Part shown: positions 36,782-47,136 of the stretch, one piece after another
How positions within the stretch are numbered: position 1 is the stretch's first letter
Layout of the letters: each line of letters starts with the position of its first letter
Assembly: GCA_965204745.1 (NCBI GenBank)
Contig: OZ242010.1
Coordinates: forward strand, 1,824,001-1,888,000
Length of the DNA stretch: 64,000 nt
Source of the DNA: Candidatus Latescibacterota bacterium
GTDB taxonomy: Bacteria; Latescibacterota; UBA2968
Direction of reading: 5' to 3'
Program-made: the position numbers and the translations under genes
Notes under the pieces: model-generated
Told to the model about the DNA's origin: nothing
Seen by the model: the letters and a program-made list of their open reading frames with translations, nothing else
The model's database searches: none

Positions 36782-38400
36782 GTTTGCTCGACGTACAAAA
36801 TTTGGCCGTGCATTTTCGGCTCGAAGACCAGGTGGTTCAAGCCGTGCGCGGGGTGTCGTTTCGCATTGAAAAGGGCGAGACCGTGGCGCTGGTGGGCGAA
36901 TCGGGATCCGGCAAATCCGTATCCGCTCTCTCCGTCCTCCAACTGCTGCCCTATCCGCACGCCTTTCACCCGCACGGCATCGTGCAATTCGATGGCGAGG
37001 ACATGCTCAACGCCTCTCAAGCGCGCTTGCAAGAAGTGCGCGGCGACCGCATCGGGATGATTTTCCAAGAGCCGATGACCTCCCTCAACCCGCTGCACAC
37101 AGTCGAAAAACAAATCCGCGAAACCCTGATGCTGCACCGCAAAATGACGCGGGACCAAGCACGCGAACACACCCTCAATTTGCTGCACAAAGTGCAGATG
37201 CCCGATCCAGAGACGCGCCTCAAATCCTATCCGCACCAACTCTCGGGCGGGCAACGGCAGCGCGTGATGATCGCCATGGCCCTCGCCAATGCCCCGGACC
37301 TGCTCATCGCAGACGAGCCGACAACTGCGCTAGACGTGACCATTCAGGCGCGCATCCTCAACTTGCTACAGGCATTGCAAGACGAACTCGGCATGGCGAT
37401 TCTGCTGATCACGCACGACTTGACTATCGTGCGGCACGTGGCGGATCGGGTCTATGTGATGACGCGGGGCAAAATTGTGGAGGCAGGCGACGCAACGCGC
37501 ATCTTCGCGTACCCGCAACACGAGTACACGCGCGAGCTCTTGAACGCACAGCCAAAGGGCACGGCCCCAACGCGCAATGGCGCGGCACCCGTCGTGGTCG
37601 AGGCCGATGATCTGAAAGTGTGGTTCCCCATTCAGCGCGGGATCTTGCGCCGCACTATCGGGCACGTCAAAGCCGTCAATGGCCTGTCCGTCCGCGTTCG
37701 CGCCGGGCATACCACGGGCGTTGTGGGCGAGTCTGGTTCCGGCAAGACGACCCTGGGATTGGCCCTGTTGCGCTTGTTGGGTAGCAAAGGCCCCATCGCG
37801 TTTCAAGGGCAGGACATTCACACCTCGTCCGGCAAGGCCCTGCGGCCGTTGCGCCGCGAAATGCAAATTGTGTTTCAAGACCCGTTTGGGTCTTTAAGCC
37901 CGCGCCTGTCCGCGTTTCACATCATCGCAGAGGGCTTGCGCGTTCACAACATGGGGGAAAGCCACGAACAACGCCGTGAACGCGTCGCGCAAATTATGGA
38001 CGAGGTGGGCCTTGCACCCGAGATGATGGATCGGTTTCCACACGAGTTTTCGGGCGGGCAACGGCAGCGGATCGCCATTGCGCGTGCAATGGTCTTGCGC
38101 CCCCGGTTTGTGGTGCTAGACGAACCCACGAGCGCGTTGGACATGACCGTGCAAGCGCAGATCATCGCCTTGCTCCGCCGCTTGCAAAACGACCACGATT
38201 TGGCGTATTTGTTCATCAGCCACGACTTGCGGGTCGTCCGCGCCCTCGCCAATGAATTGATCGTCATGAAAGACGGCGTTGTGGTAGAACGCGGCCCGAC
38301 CGAGGCCATCTTCGCAAAGCCACAAACCGCCTATACCCGCGAACTCATCGCCGCTGCATTCGACATCGCAAAAGTGAAAGGCGGGAGAGGGGAGAGGTGA
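36778..38400 (+). CDS. yejF: Peptide ABC transporter fused double ATPase
   Basis: Two GESGSGK Walker A, two SGGQRQR, two DEPT. Confidence 0.9.
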   Translation: MSLLDVQNLAVHFRLEDQVVQAVRGVSFRIEKGETVALVGESGSGKSVSALSVLQLLPYPHAFHPHGIVQFDGEDMLNASQARLQEVRGDRIGMIFQEPMTSLNPLHTVEKQIRETLMLHRKMTRDQAREHTLNLLHKVQMPDPETRLKSYPHQLSGGQRQRVMIAMALANAPDLLIADEPTTALDVTIQARILNLLQALQDELGMAILLITHDLTIVRHVADRVYVMTRGKIVEAGDATRIFAYPQHEYTRELLNAQPKGTAPTRNGAAPVVVEADDLKVWFPIQRGILRRTIGHVKAVNGLSVRVRAGHTTGVVGESGSGKTTLGLALLRLLGSKGPIAFQGQDIHTSSGKALRPLRREMQIVFQDPFGSLSPRLSAFHIIAEGLRVHNMGESHEQRRERVAQIMDEVGLAPEMMDRFPHEFSGGQRQRIAIARAMVLRPRFVVLDEPTSALDMTVQAQIIALLRRLQNDHDLAYLFISHDLRVVRALANELIVMKDGVVVERGPTEAIFAKPQTAYTRELIAAAFDIAKVKGGRGER

Positions 38401-38645
38401 AAGGCGGGAGACGAAAGGCGGAAGACGGGAGAAGCAAGACGGGAGAAGGCATCGCCCCTACACACTGCTCGCCTTTGAACTAGCTATCGCCAGTTGTACC
38501 CCGCTCGTGCCTTTTGTGCTTTTTGTGGCTGTCGCCTTTGAACTGGCTGTCGCCTTTGAACTAGCTGTCGCCTTTTGTGCTTTTTGTGGCTGTCGCCTTT
38601 GAACTGGCTGTCGCCTTTTGTGCCTTTTGTGCTTTTTGTGACTAA
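38384..38645. repeat. Repeat cluster: purine heptamers, REP-like hairpin, reversed 38-bp units, TTTTGTGCY nonamers
   Basis: GGGAGA-based heptamers, GCCCCTACA, repeated CCTTTGAACTRGCTRTCG. Confidence 0.8.
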
Positions 38646-38669
38646 TCTTTCATCTTACAGGAGAATCCC

Positions 38670-41600
38670 ATGCCCCGCCGCGATGCGCTATGGATTATTG
38701 GTTTTCTGATCGCAGGTGCGTTCGGTCTCACCTGTTATATCCAGTTCTACGACCGCGCCTTTCCGGTCGCTTCGCTCAATTTTCGCGTGGACCGCGAACA
38801 GGCGTATCGCGCTGCCGAATCGTATTTGCACAACTTGGGGTACGACCTGACGGAATACGAAAGTGCCCAGGTCTTCTCGTCCTCTGGCATGCGGCAGGTC
38901 TTTCTCGAGCGCACCTTGGGGCTTGCAGAGGCCAACCGCCTCGTGCGCGACTGGGTCTCGGTGTGGTATTGGCACATCCGCTATTTCAAACCGCTGCAAA
39001 AAGAAGAACTGCGCGTCCGCATCGATCCCGGCGGCCGCGTCGTGGGGTTCACGCATAGCATCCTCGAATCCGACGCAGGCGCCAGCCTGTCGGAAGAAGA
39101 CGCCCGCGCCATCGCCGAAACCTTCCTCGCCGATACCCAAGGCTTTCAACTTCACGCCTATACCCCCATCGAAACCTCGAGCGAGAAACGCCCCAACCGC
39201 GTCGATCACAGCTTCGCGTACCGCAAAAAGGACTTTGTCATCGGCGACGATGGGCACTATCGCTTGACCGTCACAATCAAAGGCGACAAACCGGGTTACT
39301 TTTCCGAATCCCTCAAAGTGCCCGAAACCTTCTCGCGCAATTACCGGGAAATTCGCTCGCGTGCGGGCCTGCTCATCAACATCGCTTATGTTTTCTATTT
39401 CGCGCTGATCATTGCGGGGTTTGTCGTTCTCATCCACAACTATCGCCAGCGCGCGCTCGTATGGCGCGCGGCCCTCGCGCTGGGCATTCTCGTTTCCGTT
39501 GCCAATTTTCTCGGCTCCATGAACACCTATCCGATCATCCACTTTGGTTACAACACCACGCAGTCCTATCCCTCTTTTTTGATCTCTTTCCTTTTTTCTG
39601 GGCTGATGGGAGCTGTTATTTCTGGGGTGATGATCGCCTTGTGCGGCACGGCCGGGGGAGCTGCCGCGCGCGATGTGCCGGGCTGGACCAATCCCCTCGC
39701 CCGATTGTCGCTGCGAGGCTGGCGATCCGCGGGTTTTGCGCGTGCCACCTTGATCGGTTACGGGCTCGCATTTGCCCACTTGGGCTACGTCACCCTGTTT
39801 TACATTTTGGGCAACGACTATTTGGGCGTTTGGGCACCCGCTGCCATGACGCAATACGACAATGCGTATAGCACCTACCTGCCGTGGATTTATCCCCTGC
39901 TGGCCGGGCTTGTCGCCGCGACTATGGAAGAATTTCTCTTTCGCCTGCTCGCCATTTCCCTGCTCATTCGCTGGTTGAAAAAACCATGGCTGGCCGTTCT
40001 CATCCCCGCTGTGGTGTGGGCGTTTCTCCACGCCAATTATCCGCAGGAGCCCATCTACATTCGCGGCTTGGAACTCACGCTCGTGGGCGTCATTTTCGGG
40101 ATTGTTTTTTTGCGCTATGGAATTTGGGCCACCATCATTTCGCACTATGTGTACAATTGCTTCTACAGCATCTACCCCATGTTGCAATCCGACAGCCTCT
40201 ATTTTCAAGTCTCGGGCATTCTGGCCGTCTCTATCGTCTTCATCCCTGCCATTCCCGCTATTTTCGGCGCGATTACAGGTCGCTATCCAGAACGAGAGGA
40301 ACGGGTAGAAGAACCCGAAGCGGAGCCCGAACCGATCCCGCAGGCCGCAGAACCCGAAATCCCGCGGCCAGAACCCGACCACCCCGTCGACCGCAAAACC
40401 CCTTCGGATTACCTCATTTCCCAAAGGGGGATTCTCGTCTTTGGCATCCTCGGCCTCATCGGTTGGTCGATCTATTTCAGCTTTACCCCGCCAAAATTCG
40501 CCAAGTACACCCGCGAGAACATCGTCACGCGCGATCAGGCCATCCGTGCGGCAGAGGCCATTCGCCTAAAACTCGGCTTTGATCTCGAAGGCTATCGACG
40601 CACCGCCTCGTTTGTCAGCCACCTCAGGTCCGACCATTTTACGCATCTCATTCGCAACGTCGATCTCGCGCGTGCCGACACGCTCGTTGCCGACCACACG
40701 GCCTTGTGGCACTGGCATGTGCGCTGGTTCAAACCCCTGGAAAAAGAAGAACTCACCATCAGCATCGACGGGCGGGGCGCGTTCTCGCACCTCTCGCATG
40801 CCATTCCCGAAAACAGAGAAGGTGCGGAACTCAGCGTCGAAGACGCGCAGAAAATCGCCGAGGCTTTTTTGTCGGAACACCTAAAGCGCACGGTCGCAGA
40901 TACCGCGCTGTACAAACGCCTCGAGGCCCGGTCGCAAAAGCGCGAAAACCGGATGGACCACCGCTTTGTGTGGGAGCGCGCAGATATCAAAGTCGGCGAC
41001 GGGGAATTTCGCATCGTGGCTTCTGTGCAGGGCGATCAGGTCGGCCTGACAATCGCGACCTACAAAGCCCCCGAAGCATTTATGCGCGAATTGCGCGAAG
41101 GCACGGTCAAAGATACCGTCGTCTCGATCATCGGCACTATCGCGGTCATTGCCACCATCATTTTGGCGATTCTCTACTTGTTGCGCGCCTACCGCGAGGA
41201 ACAGACCAACTGGCGGTTGTCCATTCGCGCCGGCATTTTTATCGGGATATGTGGGGCAGTAGATACGCTCAACAAATTGCCCACGCTCTACGCGGGTTAC
41301 AACACCAGCGATGCCCTAAGCACGTTCCTCGGCAGTACCATCATCGGTTGGGTCGTCATGCTGACCGTTCTGCCCGCGATGATGTGTTTGGTTTTCGCGC
41401 TTGGCGACGCGATCTACCGCGGGGAACGCCCCAAAGAAATGCAAATTGCCAACTGGATCGACGTGCTCCGCCTCAAAACGCACAGCGCCGCGCTTTGGTG
41501 GCAGGTCGTCTTTCTGGTTCTCTGCTATTTCGGGATCAGCAGGGGCGCGGGCATTTTCTCCTCTTATATGCACCTCGCCTACCTCGGCGACTATCTCACG

Positions 41601-42062
41601 GCGGGCGGCAACGCGCCCCCGAGCATCAACGCGTACTTTCCCGCTCTCGGCGAATTTATCCAAGAAGCCATGGGGGTGCTCTTTATTTTGGTCTTTTTGG
41701 TCATCTTGCTCGTTTGGTGGCGCGTAATCGGCAACGCGAAGCTGATGATTCTCTGCGCGTTTCTCGTTCTCATTTTTCACTTCGTCGTCTCGCCTGCCCA
41801 AGACTTCTACCACGCGGGCATTCTCTTGGTCACACGTATTCCAATCTGGCTGATCACGGCCTTTCTCATTTTGAAGTACATCCGCTTCAACCTGCTCTTT
41901 TACGCGGTGATGGGGTGGTGCTCCATCGTTTTTGTGGGCATCCGCTACCTCGAATGCGATCCCACCGCCTTTCAGGCCAACGGCGTCCTCATGATCCTGT
42001 TCGGCCTCGCCCCCCTCATCCTCGCCCTCCTCGCATGGCACAAAGAACGCACCACCTCATAA
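38670..42062 (+). CDS. Large internally duplicated membrane protein with a CPBP (CAAX/Abi) intramembrane protease domain
   Basis: EEFLFR, WAFLH, SHYVYN motifs; duplicated WH.R.FKPL.KEEL...ID..G modules. Confidence 0.85.
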   Translation: MPRRDALWIIGFLIAGAFGLTCYIQFYDRAFPVASLNFRVDREQAYRAAESYLHNLGYDLTEYESAQVFSSSGMRQVFLERTLGLAEANRLVRDWVSVWYWHIRYFKPLQKEELRVRIDPGGRVVGFTHSILESDAGASLSEEDARAIAETFLADTQGFQLHAYTPIETSSEKRPNRVDHSFAYRKKDFVIGDDGHYRLTVTIKGDKPGYFSESLKVPETFSRNYREIRSRAGLLINIAYVFYFALIIAGFVVLIHNYRQRALVWRAALALGILVSVANFLGSMNTYPIIHFGYNTTQSYPSFLISFLFSGLMGAVISGVMIALCGTAGGAAARDVPGWTNPLARLSLRGWRSAGFARATLIGYGLAFAHLGYVTLFYILGNDYLGVWAPAAMTQYDNAYSTYLPWIYPLLAGLVAATMEEFLFRLLAISLLIRWLKKPWLAVLIPAVVWAFLHANYPQEPIYIRGLELTLVGVIFGIVFLRYGIWATIISHYVYNCFYSIYPMLQSDSLYFQVSGILAVSIVFIPAIPAIFGAITGRYPEREERVEEPEAEPEPIPQAAEPEIPRPEPDHPVDRKTPSDYLISQRGILVFGILGLIGWSIYFSFTPPKFAKYTRENIVTRDQAIRAAEAIRLKLGFDLEGYRRTASFVSHLRSDHFTHLIRNVDLARADTLVADHTALWHWHVRWFKPLEKEELTISIDGRGAFSHLSHAIPENREGAELSVEDAQKIAEAFLSEHLKRTVADTALYKRLEARSQKRENRMDHRFVWERADIKVGDGEFRIVASVQGDQVGLTIATYKAPEAFMRELREGTVKDTVVSIIGTIAVIATIILAILYLLRAYREEQTNWRLSIRAGIFIGICGAVDTLNKLPTLYAGYNTSDALSTFLGSTIIGWVVMLTVLPAMMCLVFALGDAIYRGERPKEMQIANWIDVLRLKTHSAALWWQVVFLVLCYFGISRGAGIFSSYMHLAYLGDYLTAGGNAPPSINAYFPALGEFIQEAMGVLFILVFLVILLVWWRVIGNAKLMILCAFLVLIFHFVVSPAQDFYHAGILLVTRIPIWLITAFLILKYIRFNLLFYAVMGWCSIVFVGIRYLECDPTAFQANGVLMILFGLAPLILALLAWHKERTTS

Positions 42063-42066
42063 AAAT

Positions 42067-42089
42067 AGCCCCTCCATTGGAGGGGCTTT
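42067..42089. terminator. Intrinsic terminator
   Basis: AGCCCCTCC-ATT-GGAGGGGCT followed by TT, between convergent genes. Confidence 0.7.
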
Positions 42090-42111
42090 GCTTTGCACAC
42101 CGTCGAAAATT

Positions 42112-42357
42112 TCATTCTACTATCGCCTGTACGCGCTTTACCTGACTCAATCTCGCGCCAAAAGCGAGGGCCGCCAAGATATCTTCTTTGTTCAAATCTT
42201 CATAATCGTCCAAAATGTCATCCATCGACATCTCCCCGCTCAACAGTTCCAAAATCATCTCGACCGGATACCGCAACCCCCGTATGCACGGTTTGCCATG
42301 ACAAATTTCAGGGTCTATGGTGATGCGTTCCAGCAATTTTTCTGTGGAATGAGCCAT
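42112..42357 (-). CDS. DUF433 antitoxin-like protein (no partner toxin adjacent)
   Basis: RITIDPEICHGKPCIRGLR.PV, IL.DY.DL..EDI.AAL. Confidence 0.92.
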   Translation of the reverse strand: MAHSTEKLLERITIDPEICHGKPCIRGLRYPVEMILELLSGEMSMDDILDDYEDLNKEDILAALAFGARLSQVKRVQAIVE

Positions 42358-42448
42358 GTATTTATTCTCCTCAACTCTTCGCAGAACCCATCGTTCACAC
42401 CAATGCGCGGAAATTTAGTTGCTTTTAAGCGAACACTTTTCTTTTTTA

Positions 42449-42779
42449 GTGACGTTACGCACAGAGTAGCAAATGTGTTGCTTGCTCATTTAATGCGTTT
42501 GGTCCTACAGCCTCGTTGGTTGCCTCCGATGCCTTCGGCGACCTACTTTTTTTCAACAGCAAAAAAAAGTAGGCAAAAAATGCCGCTCTCAAACGCCGAG
42601 GGGCTTGCACAGCGCAAATCGCTTTTGTAGCAGAACGACATGAGACAGCCTGCAAAGTGGGTTGCAAAATGGATGTGCGTTGCCAGATGGACTTGCGCGC
42701 TGTGCTTGATGGCTTTATCTGATGGGGTTTTGCGATGGTACTTTGTGCGCTGGTTTGTTTGACGTATGCGTAACGTCAG
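42449..42779. mobile_element. MITE-like element, 331 bp (copy 2)
   Basis: TIRs GTGACGTTACGCA / TGCGTAACGTCAG; TTTTTA on both flanks; second copy at ~5778-6101. Confidence 0.85.
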
Positions 42780-42968
42780 TTTTTAATATAGCTTACTTTT
42801 TGCGATCTGAAAATCAAAAAGCTACGGGCGATACGCTACGCCCTTGTTGCCCCCGTCAGTGAGGGGCAGAGGGCTGACCCCTGACCACTTGATTCGGAAT
42901 AGCATAGTTGCCTTCTCCCCTCTTCCATCTCACGTCTTACCGAAGGGCGGTTGGGCGGGGTGGACTGA

Positions 42969-44477
<1,509 letters not shown>

Positions 44478-44494
44478 ATTCGGAGAACGAGAAG

Positions 44495-44845
44495 ATGAAC
44501 GATCCCATAACAGCCCCCGCAAAGAAACCGCGGCCGCTCTGCGATGCGGGGGCAGATGCACGCAGAAAGTTTGAGGCATTGACCAGCCAGTGGAAAGTCG
44601 AGAAGGTGTTTATCTCTTCGGTGCCCGATATGGCAATGCTTTCACCCTATCAGCAAATTATCGGCATGGGTGAACAGGCGATTCCCTTTATCCTCAAAGA
44701 ATTGGAACGGGAACCCGATCATTGGTTTTGGGCTTTGCGTGCGATATTGGGCGACATCGATCCCGTACCTCCTGCGAGCAAGGGAAAAGTCAAAGAAATG
44801 GCAGAGGCATGGATTTTTTGGGGGAAGAAAGAGGGATGGATATAA
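44495..44845 (+). CDS. Small helical hypothetical protein, putative partner of the next gene
   Basis: YQQIIGMG..AIP.IL.EL...PDHWFWAL..I pattern; overlaps the next start. Confidence 0.75.
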   Translation: MNDPITAPAKKPRPLCDAGADARRKFEALTSQWKVEKVFISSVPDMAMLSPYQQIIGMGEQAIPFILKELEREPDHWFWALRAILGDIDPVPPASKGKVKEMAEAWIFWGKKEGWI

Positions 44846-45258
44846 ACATCGCATTTCCCGCGTTATCAAATTACGAAGTGACCAGTCCGCAGGCCGTCAA
44901 TTACAACTGTATTGCATGGGCAGCGGGCAAAGATGATGCATGGTGGTGGCCCCATCCCGATTACTACTGGCCCCAAGATGTGCCCTTAGACGCATCTTTA
45001 GAGGGCTTTGTCGAGCTTTTCCGCACGCTCGGCTATGAGGTGTGCGACAATGATTTTTTGGAATCCGGCTTTACGAAGGTTGCGATCTATGCCCGTGAAA
45101 AAAAATGCACCCATGCTGCTCGACAACTTCCCGATGGCACATGGACGAGTAAATTGGGATCAAATGTGGACATCACTCACGCCACTTTAGCAGAATTATC
45201 AGGCCCGATATACGGCGAGGTTGTGTGTGTTATGAAACGAGAAGCAGTCCATACGTAA
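44836..45258 (+). CDS. Papain-like Cys/His domain protein
   Basis: YNCIAWA ... THAARQ ... WTSKLG ... H; ATG at 44836 with GAGGG RBS. Confidence 0.7.
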   Translation: MDINIAFPALSNYEVTSPQAVNYNCIAWAAGKDDAWWWPHPDYYWPQDVPLDASLEGFVELFRTLGYEVCDNDFLESGFTKVAIYAREKKCTHAARQLPDGTWTSKLGSNVDITHATLAELSGPIYGEVVCVMKREAVHT

Positions 45259-45283
45259 AAATACCAAGACCGTGACCGAATCA

Positions 45284-45319
45284 AAAAGCCCCGTTGGTCC
45301 AATGACCAGCGGGGCTTTT
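45284..45319. terminator. Bidirectional intrinsic terminator
   Basis: AAAAGCCCCGTTGGTC-CAAT-GACCAGCGGGGCTTTT. Confidence 0.85.
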
Positions 45320-45379
45320 GTATGGCAAATATCAAATTGATAGATTCGGGTGCGGGTGAGAACCGCTACATCGCATCCG

Positions 45380-46660
45380 TCAAGTACCCTCCTCGCGCAC
45401 ATCCACTTGGCCGGTGACCACGTCGGCGATCAGGCGCGTGCGGTATTCGCTCAACAAGTTGATCTCCCGCTGGGCACGCGCCATAGCGGCGTCAATGGCG
45501 GCGGTCTGTTTGTCCAAATACGCGGCGATAGCGGCTTGCTCGGCGAGGGGTGGGATGGGTAAAAGCGCGGATTTGATTGCACGCTGAGACAAGCCATAAC
45601 GAGTTACCCCGTTGGCCGCTATATGGAACTGATAAGCAATCGCCGAACTCTGTAAGGCATAAAAAAGATACGCACCATTGAGCACTGTTTTCAACGGACG
45701 GAGCAAGGCCAAATGGTACCCGCAAACCAAGTCTCTTGCCGAATACTCAACGAATGCAGGCACTCCGATGTCGTTCCATACTTCCGAATCTTTGGTAATC
45801 AGAACGTCGCCGACTTCTAACCGGAAGCGATCTATTTCGTCCGCCTTAGCAGTAGCCCGCATAAACGGCATATTCTCGGTAATGCGGTCGTTTTTGTACA
45901 CGTCAACATAATTGCAAAGTCGGACGGGAAGTTCGCCCTCTTTGCTATGTTTATCAACGTTACTCACCTTCATCTTGACAGCGTGTCGTAACCGCCGCAC
46001 CTCCCAATGCGTGGGCACATCGCCGAGCCACTCCACGCCAGAGGGCTTAAGGGGCACATCCGGGTCAAGTCCTTGCGTGACCGTCTCGTGGATAACGGCT
46101 TGCCGATATTCCTTGAGCAACTCGAGGAGTCGCTCCCTGCTACGGAGGTAGCGGCGGATGCGCCCATCGGTGTGATCGAGGTAGCGAACGATAGCGGCTT
46201 GCTCGGCGAGGGGTGGATAACAGCCTATATGCTGATAAGCATCCTCTCGGTTGAGTCCGGGTATCGCCGAATCTTTGGAAACCGCGTCCAATTTTAACCA
46301 ACCAAGCAAGTAGTAGAGCCAACGGATATTCGCGCCGGTGTGCCGCCTATCCACAAAAAACGTCGTGTCGATTGCAAATACCGGCTTCGCTGAATAATGC
46401 ACTTTTCCAAAGGACCCTTTGCGACCAACAATCAAACACTGACCGCTGGTATTGGGACTTGAATGCACGCCCACTTGACCGTTTGAGCCATAGACTGGAA
46501 CGGTGCCGGCGGCGCGGTTTTCAGCGGATAGAGAATTCCCATACGCCAAGCGACAGATATTCTTTAACCGCCGCACCTCCCAATGCGCGGGCACGTCGCC
46601 GAGCCACTCCACGCCCGAGGGCTTGTAATGGGGATAGGGTTTCAGGGCATTAGCGTTCAT
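45380..46660 (-). CDS. hsdS: Type I restriction-modification specificity subunit (orphan in this window)
   Basis: Two KPSGVEWLGDVP.HWEVRRL and two PPLAEQAAI..YLD repeats flanking two TRDs; VTGQ.DV terminus. Confidence 0.93.
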   Translation of the reverse strand: MNANALKPYPHYKPSGVEWLGDVPAHWEVRRLKNICRLAYGNSLSAENRAAGTVPVYGSNGQVGVHSSPNTSGQCLIVGRKGSFGKVHYSAKPVFAIDTTFFVDRRHTGANIRWLYYLLGWLKLDAVSKDSAIPGLNREDAYQHIGCYPPLAEQAAIVRYLDHTDGRIRRYLRSRERLLELLKEYRQAVIHETVTQGLDPDVPLKPSGVEWLGDVPTHWEVRRLRHAVKMKVSNVDKHSKEGELPVRLCNYVDVYKNDRITENMPFMRATAKADEIDRFRLEVGDVLITKDSEVWNDIGVPAFVEYSARDLVCGYHLALLRPLKTVLNGAYLFYALQSSAIAYQFHIAANGVTRYGLSQRAIKSALLPIPPLAEQAAIAAYLDKQTAAIDAAMARAQREINLLSEYRTRLIADVVTGQVDVREEGT

Positions 46661-46711
46661 AGTTAAGTCCAACCGATACTTAATACCAAATTGAATTGAT
46701 GTTAGCCTGAT

Positions 46712-47109
46712 ATGCGAATAAAGCGTTGAATCCATTTATTGGGACCTACCCCCCTGGCCCCCCTTCCTGTGAGGAAGGGGGGAATGGCGAGGGGTTGTGC
46801 GAGGGGTTTTCGCATTCGTTCGCCCTGCGGTATTCGCGGCAATCATGGGAATGGCGAGGGGTTGTGCGAGGGGTTTGGGTTTCCAGGGCGTGATCTATTC
46901 GCTCAAAGCCATCAGAACAGCCAGGGAGACAAACCTTCAAAAAGCCATGCGCTCCCCCTTTCCTTGTAGGAAAGGGGGCCGGGGGGATAGGTCCTACGAG
47001 GAAGGGGAAGAACATCTATCGTTGCGGAGAGGAGCCGGATGACTCGTCCATGTCTTTGGGCGATTGGGCGCGGCTTGCTTCCTACTCGCTTTCTACTCTT
47101 AATTCGCAT
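46712..47109 (+). mobile_element. Hollow IS982 derivative carrying a palindromic repeat; 5-bp TSD CTGAT
   Basis: Left end ATGCGAATAAAGCGTTGAATCCAT, right end ..CTACTCTTAATTCGCAT, CTGAT at 46707-46711 and 47110-47114. Confidence 0.88.
46741..46994. repeat. Palindromic repeat element related to the 134-bp array
   Basis: Same ends GGGACCTACCCCCC / GGGGGGATAGGTCC and CCCCYTTCCT..AGGAAGGGGG hairpins. Confidence 0.88.
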
Positions 47110-47136
47110 CTGATGTGATGCAGTACGTCAGCTAAG

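Noticed and set aside
38688-40424. Long antisense ORFs (also 7698-8810, 26755-27960, 57858-59174 and others)
   Set aside because: Shadows of well-supported genes on the opposite strand in GC-rich DNA, with no motifs.
46661-46735. N-terminal extension of HsdS (MDSTLYSHI...)
   Set aside because: It begins inside the IS982 left end read antisense; the start is placed at 46660.
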